A stretch of 64,000 nt of DNA from NCBI GenBank assembly GCA_018062825.1, contig JAGORL010000003.1, positions 1,058 to 65,057 of the forward strand, in the 5' to 3' direction. Under the pieces are notes generated by a model, which was not told where the DNA came from, did not search any database, and was given only the letters and a program-made list of their open reading frames with translations. This document shows positions 27,062 through 37,922 of the stretch, in pieces. The DNA is from Patescibacteria group bacterium. Lineage in GTDB: Bacteria; Patescibacteriota; Patescibacteriia; UBA9934. A program made the position numbers and the translations under genes. Numbering within the stretch: the first letter of the stretch is position 1; each line of letters opens with the position of its first letter.

Positions 27062-30000
27062 CGCCTAACTCTACTTTTTTGTTGTTCTTCAAAAGCTCAA
27101 CATCAAGGCCAAGACCCTTCAACTCACGAATGAGCACATTGAAGGATTCTGGGATGTTCACCTTAGTGATTGACTCACCCTTAATGATAGCCTCGTACGC
27201 CTTCGCGCGTCCTGGCACGTCATCAGACTTAATCGTGAGAATTTCCTGAAGGGTGTGAGCGGCGCCGTAGGCTTCAAGAGCCCAGACTTCCATTTCACCG
27301 AAACGCTGACCACCAAACTGCGCCTTACCACCAAGCGGCTGCTGGGTAATGAGCGAGTATGGACCAATGGAGCGCTGGTGCATCTTGTCTTCCACCATGT
27401 GGTTCAACTTGAGCATGTACATCACGCCAACCGTCACTGGGTTTTCAAATGCTTCACCTGTACGACCATCAAGAAGCGTAAGCTGACCGCTTTGTGGGAA
27501 ACCAGCGGCAGCGAGTTCATCCTTGATTGCTTCAACTGGAGCACCGGCAAAAACTGGGGTTGCTACCTTAAAGCCCATTTTATCTGCGGCTAGACCAAGG
27601 TGTACCTCAAGAATCTGACCAAGGTTCATACGAGAAACAACACCAAGCGGGGTAAGAACTACGTCCACTGGGCGACCTTCTGAGGTGAATGGCATGTCTT
27701 CAATCGGAACAACGATAGATACGACACCCTTGTTACCGTGACGACCAGCGACCTTGTCTCCAGCCTGCAACTTACGCAAATCAGCGATCGTTACCTGGAT
27801 AGACTTCATGACGCCTGGCGGCAAGTTATCACCCTCTTCACGAGAGAAGACCTTAACGTCAACAACCTTACCCTTGCGGCCATGCTCTAGGTATAGGGAT
27901 GAATCACGTACTTCACGAGCCTTTTCACCGAAGATAGCGCGAAGCAACTTTTCCTCAGCGGAAAGTTCGGTTTCGCCCTTTGGTGTGATCTTACCTACCA
28001 AGATATCACCGCTCTTTACCTCAGCACCGATACGAATAACGCCTTCTGGATCAAGGTTCTTCAACTTCTCTTCTGAGACGTTTGGAATATCTGAAGTAAC
28101 TACCTCAGGACCAAGCTTGGTATCACGAACGTCAAGTGTAAGGTGCTCCAAGTGAATGGTGGTGAAACGATCATCACGAACAACGCGCTCGGAAACGATA
28201 ACAGCGTCCTCGTAGTTATAACCGCGCCAACTCATGAAGGCGACGAGCATGTTCTGACCAAGCGCAAGTTCACCGTTGTCAACGGATGGACCGTCAGCAA
28301 GAACGTCACCGGCCTTTACCTTTACGCCTGGATCAATAACGGCGCGCTGGGTGATAGCAGTGGAGTTGTTTGAACGAAGATACTTGTTCAACTTGTAAGT
28401 AACCTGACCCTTCTTTTTGTAATCAACGGTAATCTTTACGCCGTCAGCTTGTGTGACTTCACCCTCCTCTTCAGCGATAAGCACGTGACCAGAGTCACGA
28501 GCGGCGCGACCTTCAAGACCGGTTCCGATAATCGGAGCCTGCGGGCGGATACATGGCACAGCTTGGCGCTGCATGTTCGTTCCCATGAGGGCGCGGGTGG
28601 CGTCGTCATGCTCCAAGAACGGAATCAAACCGGTACCAATGGAAACGATCTGACTCGTTGAGACGTCCATGTACTCAACCTCGGTAGCTGCGACTAAACG
28701 AGGTTCGCCATGACGACGAGCTTCAACGTAGTCGTCAACGATAAAACTCTTATCATCAACGTTGATGGTAGCTGGACAGGTAACGCTCTTCTCTTCTGTG
28801 AAGGCGTTTAAGTACACGGTATCCATGGAAACCTTCATCTTGTTTCCTTCCTTCACTACCTTGCGGTATGGGGTTTCAATGAAGCCAAACTCGTTGACAC
28901 GAGCGTAGGAAGCCAAGTGACCAACAAGACCGATGTTTGGACCTTCTGGAGTAGCAATCGGACAGATACGACCGTAGTGGGTGGTGTGTACGTCGCGGAC
29001 TTCAAAGCCAGCGCGTTCACGAGAAAGACCACCAGGACCCATGGCGGACAAGCGGCGCTTGTGCTCAAGCTCAGCAAGTGGGTTTGTTTGGTCCATGAAC
29101 TGGGAGAGCTGTGAGGACATGAAGAACTCACGCACTGTTCCAATAACTGGACGAGCGTTAATCAGTTTTCCAGGGGTAAGCGCATCAATATCCTGGGTGC
29201 TCATACGGTCCTTCACGATGCGCTCCATACGAGCAAGACCGATGCGGAAACGTGACTGCAACAATTCACCTACCGAACGAATACGGCGGTTGCCCAAGTG
29301 GTCAACGTCGTCGGCTTCACCTTGCGTGATGTTCAAGCGGATAATCTCACGCACGATGGCGACAAGATCCTCCTTAGTCAAAATGCGACGAGCTTCATCA
29401 TGGACATCGGCCTCGGCGTCAGCGACACCAAAGCGAAGATTGAACTTGTAACGACCAACTGGACCGAGGTCGTAACGATCGAAGTTGAAGAACATCGCAT
29501 GAATGAGGGAGCGAGCGTTATCTGCGGTCGCAAGATCACCTGGACGAATACGCTTATATACCTCACGCAAACCTTCCTCTTCATTGGTAGCCGCATCTTT
29601 TTGCAAGGTGGACTCAATGTAGCGAACCGTTGGGTGGTTATCGATATCGGTGAAGAGCTTTTCGATCTCCTCATTGGTGGTGTAACCAAAAGCGCGCAAA
29701 AGCGACGTGACGGCCACTTTACGCTTACGATCGATCTTTACCCAGATAACATTCTTAGCGTCTGTTTCAAGCTCTAACCAAGCACCACGGTTAGGGATGA
29801 TTTTAGCGCCATAGGCGCGGCGACCACGCACGACTTCTGCGGTGAAGAACGCACCAGCAGAGCGAACAAGCTGTGAAACAACGACACGCTCAACGCCGTT
29901 AATGATGAACGTACCGCGTGGGGTCATGACCGGAAGATCGCCAAGATAGATTTCCTGTTCCTTGGAGTCACCGGTGCGGAGGTTCTTCAAGCGAGCCTTC

Positions 30001-30332
30001 ACGCGAAGTGGGGCTTCAAAAGTAACGTTTTTAGCACGGCTCACTACCTCATCAAACTTAGCATCATCGAGATAGTAATCACCGAGCGAAAGCTCAAGAT
30101 CACGGCCAATAAAGTCCTTGATTGGGGAGATTTCATCAAATAACTCTCGGATACCCTCTTTGAGGAACCAGTCGTAGGAGTTCTTCTGTACCTCAATGAG
30201 GTCTGGAAGGTCCATTGCGGTGTTCACCGGCGCAAATGAGCGGCGATGTCCGAGTGTAGCGATCTTGGTCTTTTTGGACATAGAAAAAAGGATGATGGTG
30301 CCCCAAAACGCAAAACGCACCTTGGAAGGCAA
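27036..30332 (-). CDS. rpoB: DNA-directed RNA polymerase subunit beta
   Basis: The conserved beta-subunit core is present (the rifampicin region [27 protein letters not shown], and others). The track start at 30332 is a TTG. The probable true start is the ATG at 30281 ([16 protein letters not shown]), which I checked codon by codon. Confidence 0.97.
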   Translation of the reverse strand: MPSKVRFAFWGTIILFSMSKKTKIATLGHRRSFAPVNTAMDLPDLIEVQKNSYDWFLKEGIRELFDEISPIKDFIGRDLELSLGDYYLDDAKFDEVVSRAKNVTFEAPLRVKARLKNLRTGDSKEQEIYLGDLPVMTPRGTFIINGVERVVVSQLVRSAGAFFTAEVVRGRRAYGAKIIPNRGAWLELETDAKNVIWVKIDRKRKVAVTSLLRAFGYTTNEEIEKLFTDIDNHPTVRYIESTLQKDAATNEEEGLREVYKRIRPGDLATADNARSLIHAMFFNFDRYDLGPVGRYKFNLRFGVADAEADVHDEARRILTKEDLVAIVREIIRLNITQGEADDVDHLGNRRIRSVGELLQSRFRIGLARMERIVKDRMSTQDIDALTPGKLINARPVIGTVREFFMSSQLSQFMDQTNPLAELEHKRRLSAMGPGGLSRERAGFEVRDVHTTHYGRICPIATPEGPNIGLVGHLASYARVNEFGFIETPYRKVVKEGNKMKVSMDTVYLNAFTEEKSVTCPATINVDDKSFIVDDYVEARRHGEPRLVAATEVEYMDVSTSQIVSIGTGLIPFLEHDDATRALMGTNMQRQAVPCIRPQAPIIGTGLEGRAARDSGHVLIAEEEGEVTQADGVKITVDYKKKGQVTYKLNKYLRSNNSTAITQRAVIDPGVKVKAGDVLADGPSVDNGELALGQNMLVAFMSWRGYNYEDAVIVSERVVRDDRFTTIHLEHLTLDVRDTKLGPEVVTSDIPNVSEEKLKNLDPEGVIRIGAEVKSGDILVGKITPKGETELSAEEKLLRAIFGEKAREVRDSSLYLEHGRKGKVVDVKVFSREEGDNLPPGVMKSIQVTIADLRKLQAGDKVAGRHGNKGVVSIVVPIEDMPFTSEGRPVDVVLTPLGVVSRMNLGQILEVHLGLAADKMGFKVATPVFAGAPVEAIKDELAAAGFPQSGQLTLLDGRTGEAFENPVTVGVMYMLKLNHMVEDKMHQRSIGPYSLITQQPLGGKAQFGGQRFGEMEVWALEAYGAAHTLQEILTIKSDDVPGRAKAYEAIIKGESITKVNIPESFNVLIRELKGLGLDVELLKNNKKVELGDGGAPRRS

Positions 30333-30684
30333 GGTGGGTTCGTTAGCGCTCGTTTTTTCCCATCCCCGCGGCAGCGGCTAAGCCAACTGCGGCAGTGGAC
30401 GTGTGGCGATCCAGCATGCCAAACGAGTGAAAATAGTAAACGCTGTCCTGCGGACCGACTCCGCATGAAGCGCGCGTGCGCGAGAGGATACCAGCTAAAC
30501 TAAGGAACGTCAACCGCGCCAAAAACGGCAGGAGGAGAACCCAACTAGCTCATCGCTACGCAAGGAAACGCACGAGAAATCGTTTGAGACGCGGCTCAAA
30601 AGAAAAACGCTTCTTTGCCGAGGAGCCACAAGTCTTCTCCCGCACTCTTTGGCGCCGTACGGATCTATCATAATCCAGAAATAA
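30333..30684 (-). promoter_or_regulatory. long GC-rich 5' leader and promoter region of rpoB
   Basis: About 350-400 nt of non-coding sequence lie between the upstream terminator and the rpoB start. The only ORFs here are a spurious Arg-rich one (30476..30673 +) and an antisense one. A candidate -35/-10 pair (TTGCTC / TATGAT) sits at about 30660-30700 on the minus strand. rplKAJL is absent upstream. Confidence 0.35.
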
Positions 30685-30718
30685 AAAAGAGCAAGTGGGT
30701 TAATACTTGCTCTTTTTC
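30685..30718. terminator. bidirectional rho-independent terminator downstream of the 627-aa gene
   Basis: A 9-bp stem of agagcaagt (about 30688-30696) and acttgctct (about 30705-30713) has an 8-nt loop. T-runs flank it on both strands (plus ..ctcTTTTTcac; minus ..ctcTTTTTTATTTct). Confidence 0.65.
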
Positions 30719-30725
30719 ACTGTTT

Positions 30726-32609
30726 TTAGCGAATTACGCCACCCCACTCGGTAACGGTGAAACCGTTACGCTTGAAGGACGGGATCTGACTTGGGGCGTT
30801 TTCAGCTACCGGCTCCTGGAGCTCTGAGTAATCCATAAGGACACGCAAAATGGAGTCTGGAGCTGGTGAAACGTTCATTGGAGCAATTTGGTCCATGACG
30901 TTTGTGCCGTGGAAGCCAATTTTGTACCAAGGAGCCGCTTCCATACGTGGGAGCCAGAATTCGTTGAAATCCGCGATTTCCTGGGCATTGAAGCCAAAGG
31001 CGCCTAACTTTTCAACGAGGAAGCCCTCGACGTCGGCCTTGGCGACAACCCAGAATTTCTCTGGTTCGCTATACAAACCACCACGACCTTCCCAGAAAAG
31101 GTATGGGTAGGTGAGGCCATCAGCCTTATTTACGAGCTGACCACTTGGTTCTGCCACCACGTTCCAGCCGGTGTTGTAAGCCGGCTCAGTAACCGTGAAG
31201 CCACCTTGAGGATCTAACTGCACTGAGACGTCGGTAGTTTGCTCTGGGTAAAGGTAGATGACCGGTTTACCGCACTCTCCTGGAGCGACAATGTCGATAC
31301 TATCAAATTGCAACCAACGGCCAAGCGCATCTTTATAGTAGAAGATCGGTACTGCATTGATAAAATCTTCACGCGTTGGGCTCTCTAAACTTTGACGTGA
31401 CCAATTTTGGAACTCGTCATCAAAGGATTCGTCAGCAAAGTTGGCAAGATAGATTTTTTCTGTAGGAGACCCGGTAACAAATCCTGCCTCATATAAACCC
31501 GGAACGCTCTCGCGATCAACCTGACGCATGTACCGACTAAAGCCACAGCCGCCTACCATGGTCTTTGTGTACTGGTCGGTTACTGGGGTGTTATTTACCG
31601 TTATTTGTGGTGTCAAAATATGCTCACTAACTTGTTCTTCTGAGAAAATCGGGAGGCGAAGCTCGTAATATAATATGGTTCCGTTCTTTTTTTGCACAAA
31701 GAACATATCTGCATCTTGATATGACTGTATATCCGGGTAAGAATCGGTCCGTCTGTAAACCTTATAACCATCTTCCGTATCACCAAAATAGGTTACGTTT
31801 GATGCTGAACTATAGTCATCTGCACCCTCGCCACGTAGGGTGGAAGATGTAAAGTAATAAAATGTATTTCCATTTACAACTATATCGTCGTCTCCCCAAG
31901 CTGCTTCTGGAATTTCCAGTTCAGCACTAGCAATCCAACCATATACATTCTTCTTCGCAATCTCTAACAATTCAATTTCGCTAAAAAATTCCTTCTTCTC
32001 GCCAGGATTTCCTGCCAATCCTGTAGGTATGAATTGACTACCAAGAATGTACACCTCTTCTAGTGCGTACTCGTTTTCAATGTTTTTTAATGTATAAAAA
32101 CCAGCGATCGGACTATCGCCCAGTCCGTACCCCATGATCAGCTGTTCGCGAAGCTCATAACCTGCAAACTCACCACTCTCAACAATTCCGAGCCTTGTCG
32201 TTTGTAGACCTAGGCCATACGTTGCGCCCCAGTTTCCTACCAACGCATTGCCTGCCGTTGTTAAAAATATAGGGTCAAGCCAATTGTTTTCTGGATCCTG
32301 TTTAACTAACAACTGTTCATCTAACGGATACCAGCCAATACCATCAACAACGATACGCTCGGAGGCTGGTACTGGTTTTGGATCTTCGTCATCTTTACCT
32401 GGCTTGCCATCCTGAACCACCGGCGTCTCCACGATTGGATCTGGAGTGGTGTCTTGTGCCACATTACTTGGCTCACTTTGCCCAAGGTAGTCGCTCAGGA
32501 GATAGCCGCCGATGAAGGCTGCCGGGATAAGCGCCGCAATTGCGAGCATGATAATTAATCCCGAGATTGAGGCTTTGCCTTGAGGCAAGATAGGTGATTC
32601 GTCAGACAT
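30726..32609 (-). CDS. hypothetical membrane-anchored protein (627 aa) with a large extracytoplasmic domain
   Basis: An N-terminal TM anchor (ISGLIIMLAIAALIPAAFIGGYLL) is followed by an acidic Pro-rich linker and a large domain of unknown function. The ATG at 32609 was checked. Confidence 0.7.
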   Translation of the reverse strand: MSDESPILPQGKASISGLIIMLAIAALIPAAFIGGYLLSDYLGQSEPSNVAQDTTPDPIVETPVVQDGKPGKDDEDPKPVPASERIVVDGIGWYPLDEQLLVKQDPENNWLDPIFLTTAGNALVGNWGATYGLGLQTTRLGIVESGEFAGYELREQLIMGYGLGDSPIAGFYTLKNIENEYALEEVYILGSQFIPTGLAGNPGEKKEFFSEIELLEIAKKNVYGWIASAELEIPEAAWGDDDIVVNGNTFYYFTSSTLRGEGADDYSSASNVTYFGDTEDGYKVYRRTDSYPDIQSYQDADMFFVQKKNGTILYYELRLPIFSEEQVSEHILTPQITVNNTPVTDQYTKTMVGGCGFSRYMRQVDRESVPGLYEAGFVTGSPTEKIYLANFADESFDDEFQNWSRQSLESPTREDFINAVPIFYYKDALGRWLQFDSIDIVAPGECGKPVIYLYPEQTTDVSVQLDPQGGFTVTEPAYNTGWNVVAEPSGQLVNKADGLTYPYLFWEGRGGLYSEPEKFWVVAKADVEGFLVEKLGAFGFNAQEIADFNEFWLPRMEAAPWYKIGFHGTNVMDQIAPMNVSPAPDSILRVLMDYSELQEPVAENAPSQIPSFKRNGFTVTEWGGVIR

Positions 32610-32618
32610 ATTGTTTGG

Positions 32619-32627
32619 AGTATAGCA
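32619..32627 (-). promoter_or_regulatory. extended -10 element TGCTATACT, only 9 nt upstream of the start codon (possible leaderless transcript)
   Basis: The minus strand reads ..cctactccc TGCTATACT ccaaacaat ATG. The identical 9-mer occurs upstream of rmuC at 58725-58733. Confidence 0.4.
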
Positions 32628-32628
32628 G

Positions 32629-32656
32629 GGAGTAGGAAGTAGGAAGTAGGAAGTAG
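32629..32656. repeat. pyrimidine-rich heptamer repeat (CCTACTT)x3-4 on the minus strand, directly upstream of the -10 element
   Basis: The plus strand reads agtaggaagtaggaagtaggaagtag. A related CCTACTCCCTACTTAC motif lies upstream of efp at 38490-38526. Confidence 0.5.
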
Positions 32657-32658
32657 TT

Positions 32659-33606
32659 CTAGTAAAACCAACCGAGGATGTGACTGACGTTATCGATAAC
32701 AGGAGCAGAAGGGATAATTTCTAACGATGTGCCGTGATAGGCGTTCTTGAAGTCGCTCGCTCCCTTGGCTTTAGCGTACGCGTAAATGGCGATCAGTGAA
32801 GCGTTTGAGTCGATGCGATAACGCTCTATACACGAAGCGTCTTCACAGTCCGGGAAATCTCGCAGCTCTGAAAGGATCCGGCGGTCTTCAATTTCCGTGC
32901 TTTCAGGATCCTCGCCATGAACCATGTCGATACTAGCGATGACAACGGTATCCTCTAAGGTTGCAAGGTATTCACCAAGCGCCCAGGCATCTTGTGGCGA
33001 GAGTGATTCATCAAGTGCAATGGGGAGGAAGGCGACGTCAGGGAAATAATGTGCAATGAATGGTGTTAGTGACGCGATGCCGTGCTCTTTTTCAAAGGTG
33101 AGGTCACCGATTGTGGTCAGGCGAACATTTTTACGCAGCTCAGCAACAGCATCAATGTCGACGAAGACGTCGCCAAATGGCGTGGTGAACTTGCCAGGGG
33201 TTGTTTGAATAGCTGAAGGACCAAGAGAGAAATGATTTGGACTGATGAGAACAATTCTTTTTGGTGATGATTGTTCAAACGCCTTAAAAATACGACCGAC
33301 TTGGTCTGCAATGATTAGATGATGGGCGGCAATCGCGGCGATCGGCGGCTCTGAGGAGGTTGGCAGATCGTCTGCGATAGCTATTGAGCGCTTGTAGTAA
33401 TCCTCGGTGAGGTAGCCGTGCTCAAAAGCTGGGGTGTCGGTATGGGTGAAGGGAGTAGGAGGTAGTGAGTAGGGAGTAGGAGAGGGCGATGAGATGTGAC
33501 GAGAGGCGAGGTTAGCGAAGAGCATGAGGCACACAACGAACACGACAGCCGCGAGGATCGTGGCTGTCGTGCTTAGTTTTTGCGTGAGAGATACCGAACG
33601 CTTCAT
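32659..33606 (-). CDS. hypothetical membrane-anchored protein (315 aa) with His-containing motifs; possible metal-dependent enzyme
   Basis: An N-terminal TM segment is followed by the motifs AAHHLIIAD, LISPNHF and IDMVHGED. A Memo-like or metallo-hydrolase fold is possible but not established. The gene is tightly linked downstream of recA. Confidence 0.55.
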   Translation of the reverse strand: MKRSVSLTQKLSTTATILAAVVFVVCLMLFANLASRHISSPSPTPYSLPPTPFTHTDTPAFEHGYLTEDYYKRSIAIADDLPTSSEPPIAAIAAHHLIIADQVGRIFKAFEQSSPKRIVLISPNHFSLGPSAIQTTPGKFTTPFGDVFVDIDAVAELRKNVRLTTIGDLTFEKEHGIASLTPFIAHYFPDVAFLPIALDESLSPQDAWALGEYLATLEDTVVIASIDMVHGEDPESTEIEDRRILSELRDFPDCEDASCIERYRIDSNASLIAIYAYAKAKGASDFKNAYHGTSLEIIPSAPVIDNVSHILGWFY

Positions 33607-33608
33607 GC

Positions 33609-34706
33609 TTATTCGTCAGCTGAGACTTCATCGTCAGCTGGCTTGTCAGATGGAACAAAGCCACCTTCGCGCTCAAGAGCTGCTTTCTTAGTAAGCTCGC
33701 GGATTTTGGCGAGTGTTTCTGGGTGTTCGCGCAAGTACTGCTTAGCCGCTTCACGGCCAAGGCCGAGCTTTTCTTCTCCAAAGGCGTAGGAGTTACCACG
33801 CTTTTGAATGCTGCCGAGCTCCGAACCAAGATCGATCATGTCGCCAGCAATTGAGATGCCTTCATTGTACATGATATCGAACTCAGCAACGCGGAACGGA
33901 GGCGCAACCTTGTTCTTCACGATCTTGACCTTTACCCGGTTACCAAGAATTTTATCGCCTTGCTTAATTTGGGCGTTGCGACGAATTTCAATACGTACCG
34001 AAGCGTAAAACTTCAAAGCGTTACCACCAGGGGTTGTTTCTGGGTTACCAAACATCACACCGATCTTCATACGGATCTGGTTGATGAAGATAACAACCGT
34101 ACCGCTTTTCGCAACGATACCGGTGAGCTTACGAAGTGCTTGGCTCATCAAACGTGCTTGCAGACCCATGTGCTGATCGCCCATTTCACCTTCAATTTCA
34201 GCCTTAGGGGTAAGAGCGGCGACGGAGTCGATAACAATGACGTCCATGGCGTTTGAACGAACGAGCGTTTCTACAATTTCAAGCGCTTGTTCACCCGTAT
34301 CTGGCTGCGAGATAAAGAGTTCATCGATATTTACACCGATCTTACGAGCGTATTGCGGATCTAGAGCATGCTCAGCATCAATGTAGGCAGCGATGCCACC
34401 GATTTTCTGCACCTCAGCCACAATGTGCTGGGCCAGAGTCGTTTTACCGGAAGATTCAGGGCCGTAGATCTCGATGATACGACCGCGAGGAACGCCGAGT
34501 GCACCCAGGGCAAGATCGAGGGAAAGACACCCGGTTGGAATGGCATCTACGTTTGTTGCTTTGGCGTCGCCGAGGCGCATGATGCTACCGTCGCCGAAAC
34601 GCTCTCTAATTTGATCGATTGCTTGCGAAGCCGCTGCTAATCGAGGATTTGTTTGTGCTTTTGCCATAAAGTGATGAAAGAATTGATACGAACAAAAACC
34701 GTACAA
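33609..34706 (-). CDS. recA: recombinase RecA
   Basis: The Walker A motif GPESSGKTT is present, with strong RecA-wide conservation ([17 protein letters not shown]). The track start looks over-extended. The probable true start is the internal Met ([18 protein letters not shown]) at about 34667. Confidence 0.95.
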   Translation of the reverse strand: MYGFCSYQFFHHFMAKAQTNPRLAAASQAIDQIRERFGDGSIMRLGDAKATNVDAIPTGCLSLDLALGALGVPRGRIIEIYGPESSGKTTLAQHIVAEVQKIGGIAAYIDAEHALDPQYARKIGVNIDELFISQPDTGEQALEIVETLVRSNAMDVIVIDSVAALTPKAEIEGEMGDQHMGLQARLMSQALRKLTGIVAKSGTVVIFINQIRMKIGVMFGNPETTPGGNALKFYASVRIEIRRNAQIKQGDKILGNRVKVKIVKNKVAPPFRVAEFDIMYNEGISIAGDMIDLGSELGSIQKRGNSYAFGEEKLGLGREAAKQYLREHPETLAKIRELTKKAALEREGGFVPSDKPADDEVSADE

Positions 34707-34806
34707 GCAGTGTACACCACCTGTTTTTTGATGCGATGAAGTTATCCCCTTTAGGAGTGATTAAAGATGAAAGATTAAAGTTAGAAAGCGCATGCGTGAG
34801 ACCGAA

Positions 34807-35493
34807 CTACTGACCTTCAACACGTGGTGTGAAGATGACGCGACGGAAAATAGTAGCTGGGCGTGAGTAACGACGCTTGGCTTCAATGGTAATAATATTC
34901 AACCCACGAATAAGATCGACTTCGGTAGTGAAGCTACCACCCTCTTGGAGCGCAATCGGCTTTTCGTTCACTGTCACCGTAATATCGTTACCATCAACTG
35001 CGCCCTCAACAACCAGTAAAGCGCTTTGCACCGTGGCATCCTCTCCTGGTCGATTAATCGCAAGCTTTGGCGGCTGAAGGAGTAAGTGAATTTGCCAACC
35101 AAGATATCCAACGATAAGTAAAACACCACACAAAATAGCCCCGATACTCATGAGGTTTGAAGTCACAAAGAAACGACCGCGACGCACGCGTAGACGTGGC
35201 AAACGATGCGGCGCCAGAAAGTCAGCCCGACCGACTTCTTCTTCGTACAGCTCAATGAAGTATGTTTCGTCGCCTTGGAGAAAGCGTACGTACGATTTTA
35301 TGAAATTACGAGTGTACAGTGGCTCCGGTAGCTCCTCGTATCTCCCCCATTCAAGGGCTTCAAGATACTTTCTTTGCACACGCGTTTGGCGCTCGAGCAT
35401 ATCGAGGCTAATGGCCTGTGAACGACGAAGCGCCCGGAGTTGTTCTCCGAGCGGCTTCCCCGCGCTCTCCACGCGACGCATGACAAACACCAT
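34807..35493 (-). CDS. rodZ: RodZ-like cytoskeleton-associated protein (N-terminal HTH, single TM segment, C-terminal domain)
   Basis: The N-terminus LGEQLRALRRSQAISLDMLERQTRVQRKYLEALE forms a helix-turn-helix. It is followed by ..PLYTRNFIKSYVRFL, which resembles the RodZ N-terminal motif, then a TM helix (IGAILCGVLLIVGYLGW) and a C-terminal domain. Confidence 0.55.
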   Translation of the reverse strand: MVFVMRRVESAGKPLGEQLRALRRSQAISLDMLERQTRVQRKYLEALEWGRYEELPEPLYTRNFIKSYVRFLQGDETYFIELYEEEVGRADFLAPHRLPRLRVRRGRFFVTSNLMSIGAILCGVLLIVGYLGWQIHLLLQPPKLAINRPGEDATVQSALLVVEGAVDGNDITVTVNEKPIALQEGGSFTTEVDLIRGLNIITIEAKRRYSRPATIFRRVIFTPRVEGQ

Positions 35494-35504
35494 AGATTCC
35501 TACC

Positions 35505-37889
35505 CTACTTTTTCTCTTCGTCTTCGTCGAGGACTTCTTCCTCATCCTCTTCTGGAAGATCCGCATCTTCCATTTCTGCATCAACATCTTCCTCGGCTAC
35601 TTCTTCCTCTTCATCTCCTTCTTCGATCATCTCTTCTTCCTCTTCTGGTTCAAGATCCATTTCTTCCTGTTCAGCCTCTTCCATATCACTAGCTGGCGGC
35701 CATTCGCTGACCAAAACTTCACGTGGCTTGGCGCCATCAGCGCCGCCGATGATGCCAAGCTGCTCCATGAGATCCATAATACGGGCAGCGCGCGAGTAAC
35801 CGATCTTCATGCGACGCTGGAGGAATGAAGTTGAGACACGCTCAGCCTCAAGGGCGATCTGGACGGCGTCATCAAGGAGTGGGTCTGAGTCACCGGAATT
35901 AAAGGCTGTTCCTCCAGAATTTGAAGAGCCTTCAGTGACTTGATAGTTATAGTCTGGTTCACTTTGCCCCTTGAGGAAGGCGACGACACGCTCGATCTCA
36001 CCATCGCCAACGAAAGCTCCCTGTACGCGACGCGGCTTGCTTAACTCTGGCGTACTCATGAGCATATCACCACGACCAAGGAGCTTTTCCGCGCCACCGA
36101 TATCAAGAATGGTCTTGGAATCAACCTGTGAAGCAACCGCGAAAGCTAAGCGGGTTGGGATATTGGCTTTAATGGTACCGGTAATAACATCGACTGATGG
36201 ACGCTGCGTAGCAAGGATGAGGTGGATACCGGCGGCACGCGCCATTTGAGCAATACGCACGACCGTCGCTTCGACTTCACGCTTATTTTGAATCATCAAA
36301 TCAGCCAACTCATCAATGATAATGATGATACGTGGCATGCGCTCCTTAGCTTTTGCGTTATAGGAATCGATATCGCGAGCACCGAACTTAGCGAGGTAAT
36401 CCAAACGGCGTTCCATTTCTCGAACCGCCCACTTCAAAGCATTAACTGCTTCATCTGCCTTTACAATCGGTGGTACGAGAAGATGCGGAATGCCGGCATA
36501 CACGCCAAGCTCAACGCGCTTTGGATCCACCATGATGAGCTTTAAATCATCTGGTCCATTTTGGTAGAGCAGTGAAACGATAATTCCATTCAAACAAACG
36601 GACTTACCGGAGCCGGTCGCACCGGCAACAAGCATGTGCGGAGCTCGTTCAATCTGTAACAACGGCACCCCACCTGAAATATCGCGACCAAGTGGAACGG
36701 TGGTTGCTGTTTTGCGCTTATCAAAATCCTTGGACTCCATGATTTCACGCAACGAAACGCGCGCGACCGTGAGGTTTGGCACTTCAATACCAACGAGCGC
36801 CTTCCCTGGAATTGGTGCCTCAATACGAATTGGGTGAGCGGCAAGTGCGAGAGCAAGATCATTCTGCAACGCAACGACTTTCGAAAGTTTTACGCCAACG
36901 GCTGGACGGAAGGAATACTGCGTCACCGTCGGACCAACGCGGACATCGCCCATTTCAACATCAATGCCGAATTGCTCCAATGTTTTAATAATTACCTCTT
37001 GATTGCGGTTGATATCGCCAGACTTTGCTTCAGAGCGCTTGTTCTCCAAGAGATCCATTGGCACATCGATCTTCCGGCGCTCGCCACTTGAGGTCATTAC
37101 TAGTTCGGCTTTTTGGCCATAATTAATAACAGCGCCCTTCTTCTTTGGCTTTGGCTCTACTTCATCTTCTACCTCCTCATCTTCTACAACTTCTTCAGTC
37201 GCCTCCTCCTCTACTTCTTCCACTTCCTCCACGTCTTCTCCGATAACTTCATCTTCTGAAGCGTCGTCACCGTATTGATGTGTCTTTGGCTCTTTTTGAC
37301 GAGCAAGCTGCGCTAAAATTGGCGTTAAGAGAACCTGGAGCGATGTGTTGAGTAGTAATAAAACGCCAGCAAGTAGGATTGCACCCGCGATAACTCCAGC
37401 AGCTAATCCGCTCATGGCATCTGCTACGAGTGTTGAGATTAATTGACCGACAAGGCCGCCGGCACGACGCACTTCTTCACCTGCTTGTGGCGCAAAGAGT
37501 AGATTCAAAATGCCGTTTAACCCAACAATACAAGCCGTTATTGCCAACAGGGAGCGCATTGCTAAGAAACGACGCGTGCGCATGATGAGCTCAGCACCTA
37601 GCACGAAGAACGAAATAGGAACAATGATGCGTGTGATACCGAATATCTGAGCAATGATGCCATCTACTGACTGACCGAGATCACCGGCCCAACCAAAAAT
37701 TGCTAATAAAATTATCGCTCCGACAGCAATTGCGACGAGTGCCAAAATACTCTGGCCAACACCGCCTTCAATAGCTGATTCATCTTCAAAGTATTCTTCT
37801 TCTTTTTTGCTTCTGCGCTTTTTTGCCATAGCGTATGCATTGTAGCAGGGTGTAGACCCCTGAGGTATAGGGCATTGATTATAAAACAA
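35505..37889 (-). CDS. ftsK: DNA translocase FtsK
   Basis: N-terminal TM helices are followed by an acidic linker and a C-terminal motor domain with Walker A (GATGSGKS) and the gamma domain. The track start overlaps the efp terminator. The probable true start is the ATG at 37829 (MAKKRRSKKEEEYFED), which I checked. Confidence 0.9.
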   Translation of the reverse strand: MFYNQCPIPQGSTPCYNAYAMAKKRRSKKEEEYFEDESAIEGGVGQSILALVAIAVGAIILLAIFGWAGDLGQSVDGIIAQIFGITRIIVPISFFVLGAELIMRTRRFLAMRSLLAITACIVGLNGILNLLFAPQAGEEVRRAGGLVGQLISTLVADAMSGLAAGVIAGAILLAGVLLLLNTSLQVLLTPILAQLARQKEPKTHQYGDDASEDEVIGEDVEEVEEVEEEATEEVVEDEEVEDEVEPKPKKKGAVINYGQKAELVMTSSGERRKIDVPMDLLENKRSEAKSGDINRNQEVIIKTLEQFGIDVEMGDVRVGPTVTQYSFRPAVGVKLSKVVALQNDLALALAAHPIRIEAPIPGKALVGIEVPNLTVARVSLREIMESKDFDKRKTATTVPLGRDISGGVPLLQIERAPHMLVAGATGSGKSVCLNGIIVSLLYQNGPDDLKLIMVDPKRVELGVYAGIPHLLVPPIVKADEAVNALKWAVREMERRLDYLAKFGARDIDSYNAKAKERMPRIIIIIDELADLMIQNKREVEATVVRIAQMARAAGIHLILATQRPSVDVITGTIKANIPTRLAFAVASQVDSKTILDIGGAEKLLGRGDMLMSTPELSKPRRVQGAFVGDGEIERVVAFLKGQSEPDYNYQVTEGSSNSGGTAFNSGDSDPLLDDAVQIALEAERVSTSFLQRRMKIGYSRAARIMDLMEQLGIIGGADGAKPREVLVSEWPPASDMEEAEQEEMDLEPEEEEEMIEEGDEEEEVAEEDVDAEMEDADLPEEDEEEVLDEDEEKK

Positions 37890-37920
37890 AAACGACGAGG
37901 TTTGCTCGTCGTTTTTTTAA
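37888..37920 (-). terminator. rho-independent terminator downstream of efp
   Basis: A stem of acgacgag and ctcgtcgt (about 37892-37912) with a 5-nt loop is flanked by T-runs on both strands. It lies between the efp stop at 37923 and the probable ftsK start at 37829. Confidence 0.65.
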
Positions 37921-37922
37921 CC

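Noticed and set aside
30476-30673. A 65-aa Arg/Lys-rich plus-strand ORF (MRERIPAKLRNVNRAKNGRRRTQ..) in the rpoB leader
   Set aside because: It is antisense to the local transcription direction and has no ribosome-binding site. Its composition is typical of a spurious ORF in GC-rich leader sequence.
33420-33500. A ggagtagg-type purine repeat similar to the intergenic CCTACT elements
   Set aside because: It lies inside the 5' coding region of the 315-aa gene (encoding ..PTPYSLPPTPFTH..). It was not treated as a separate regulatory element, though it may have the same evolutionary origin.
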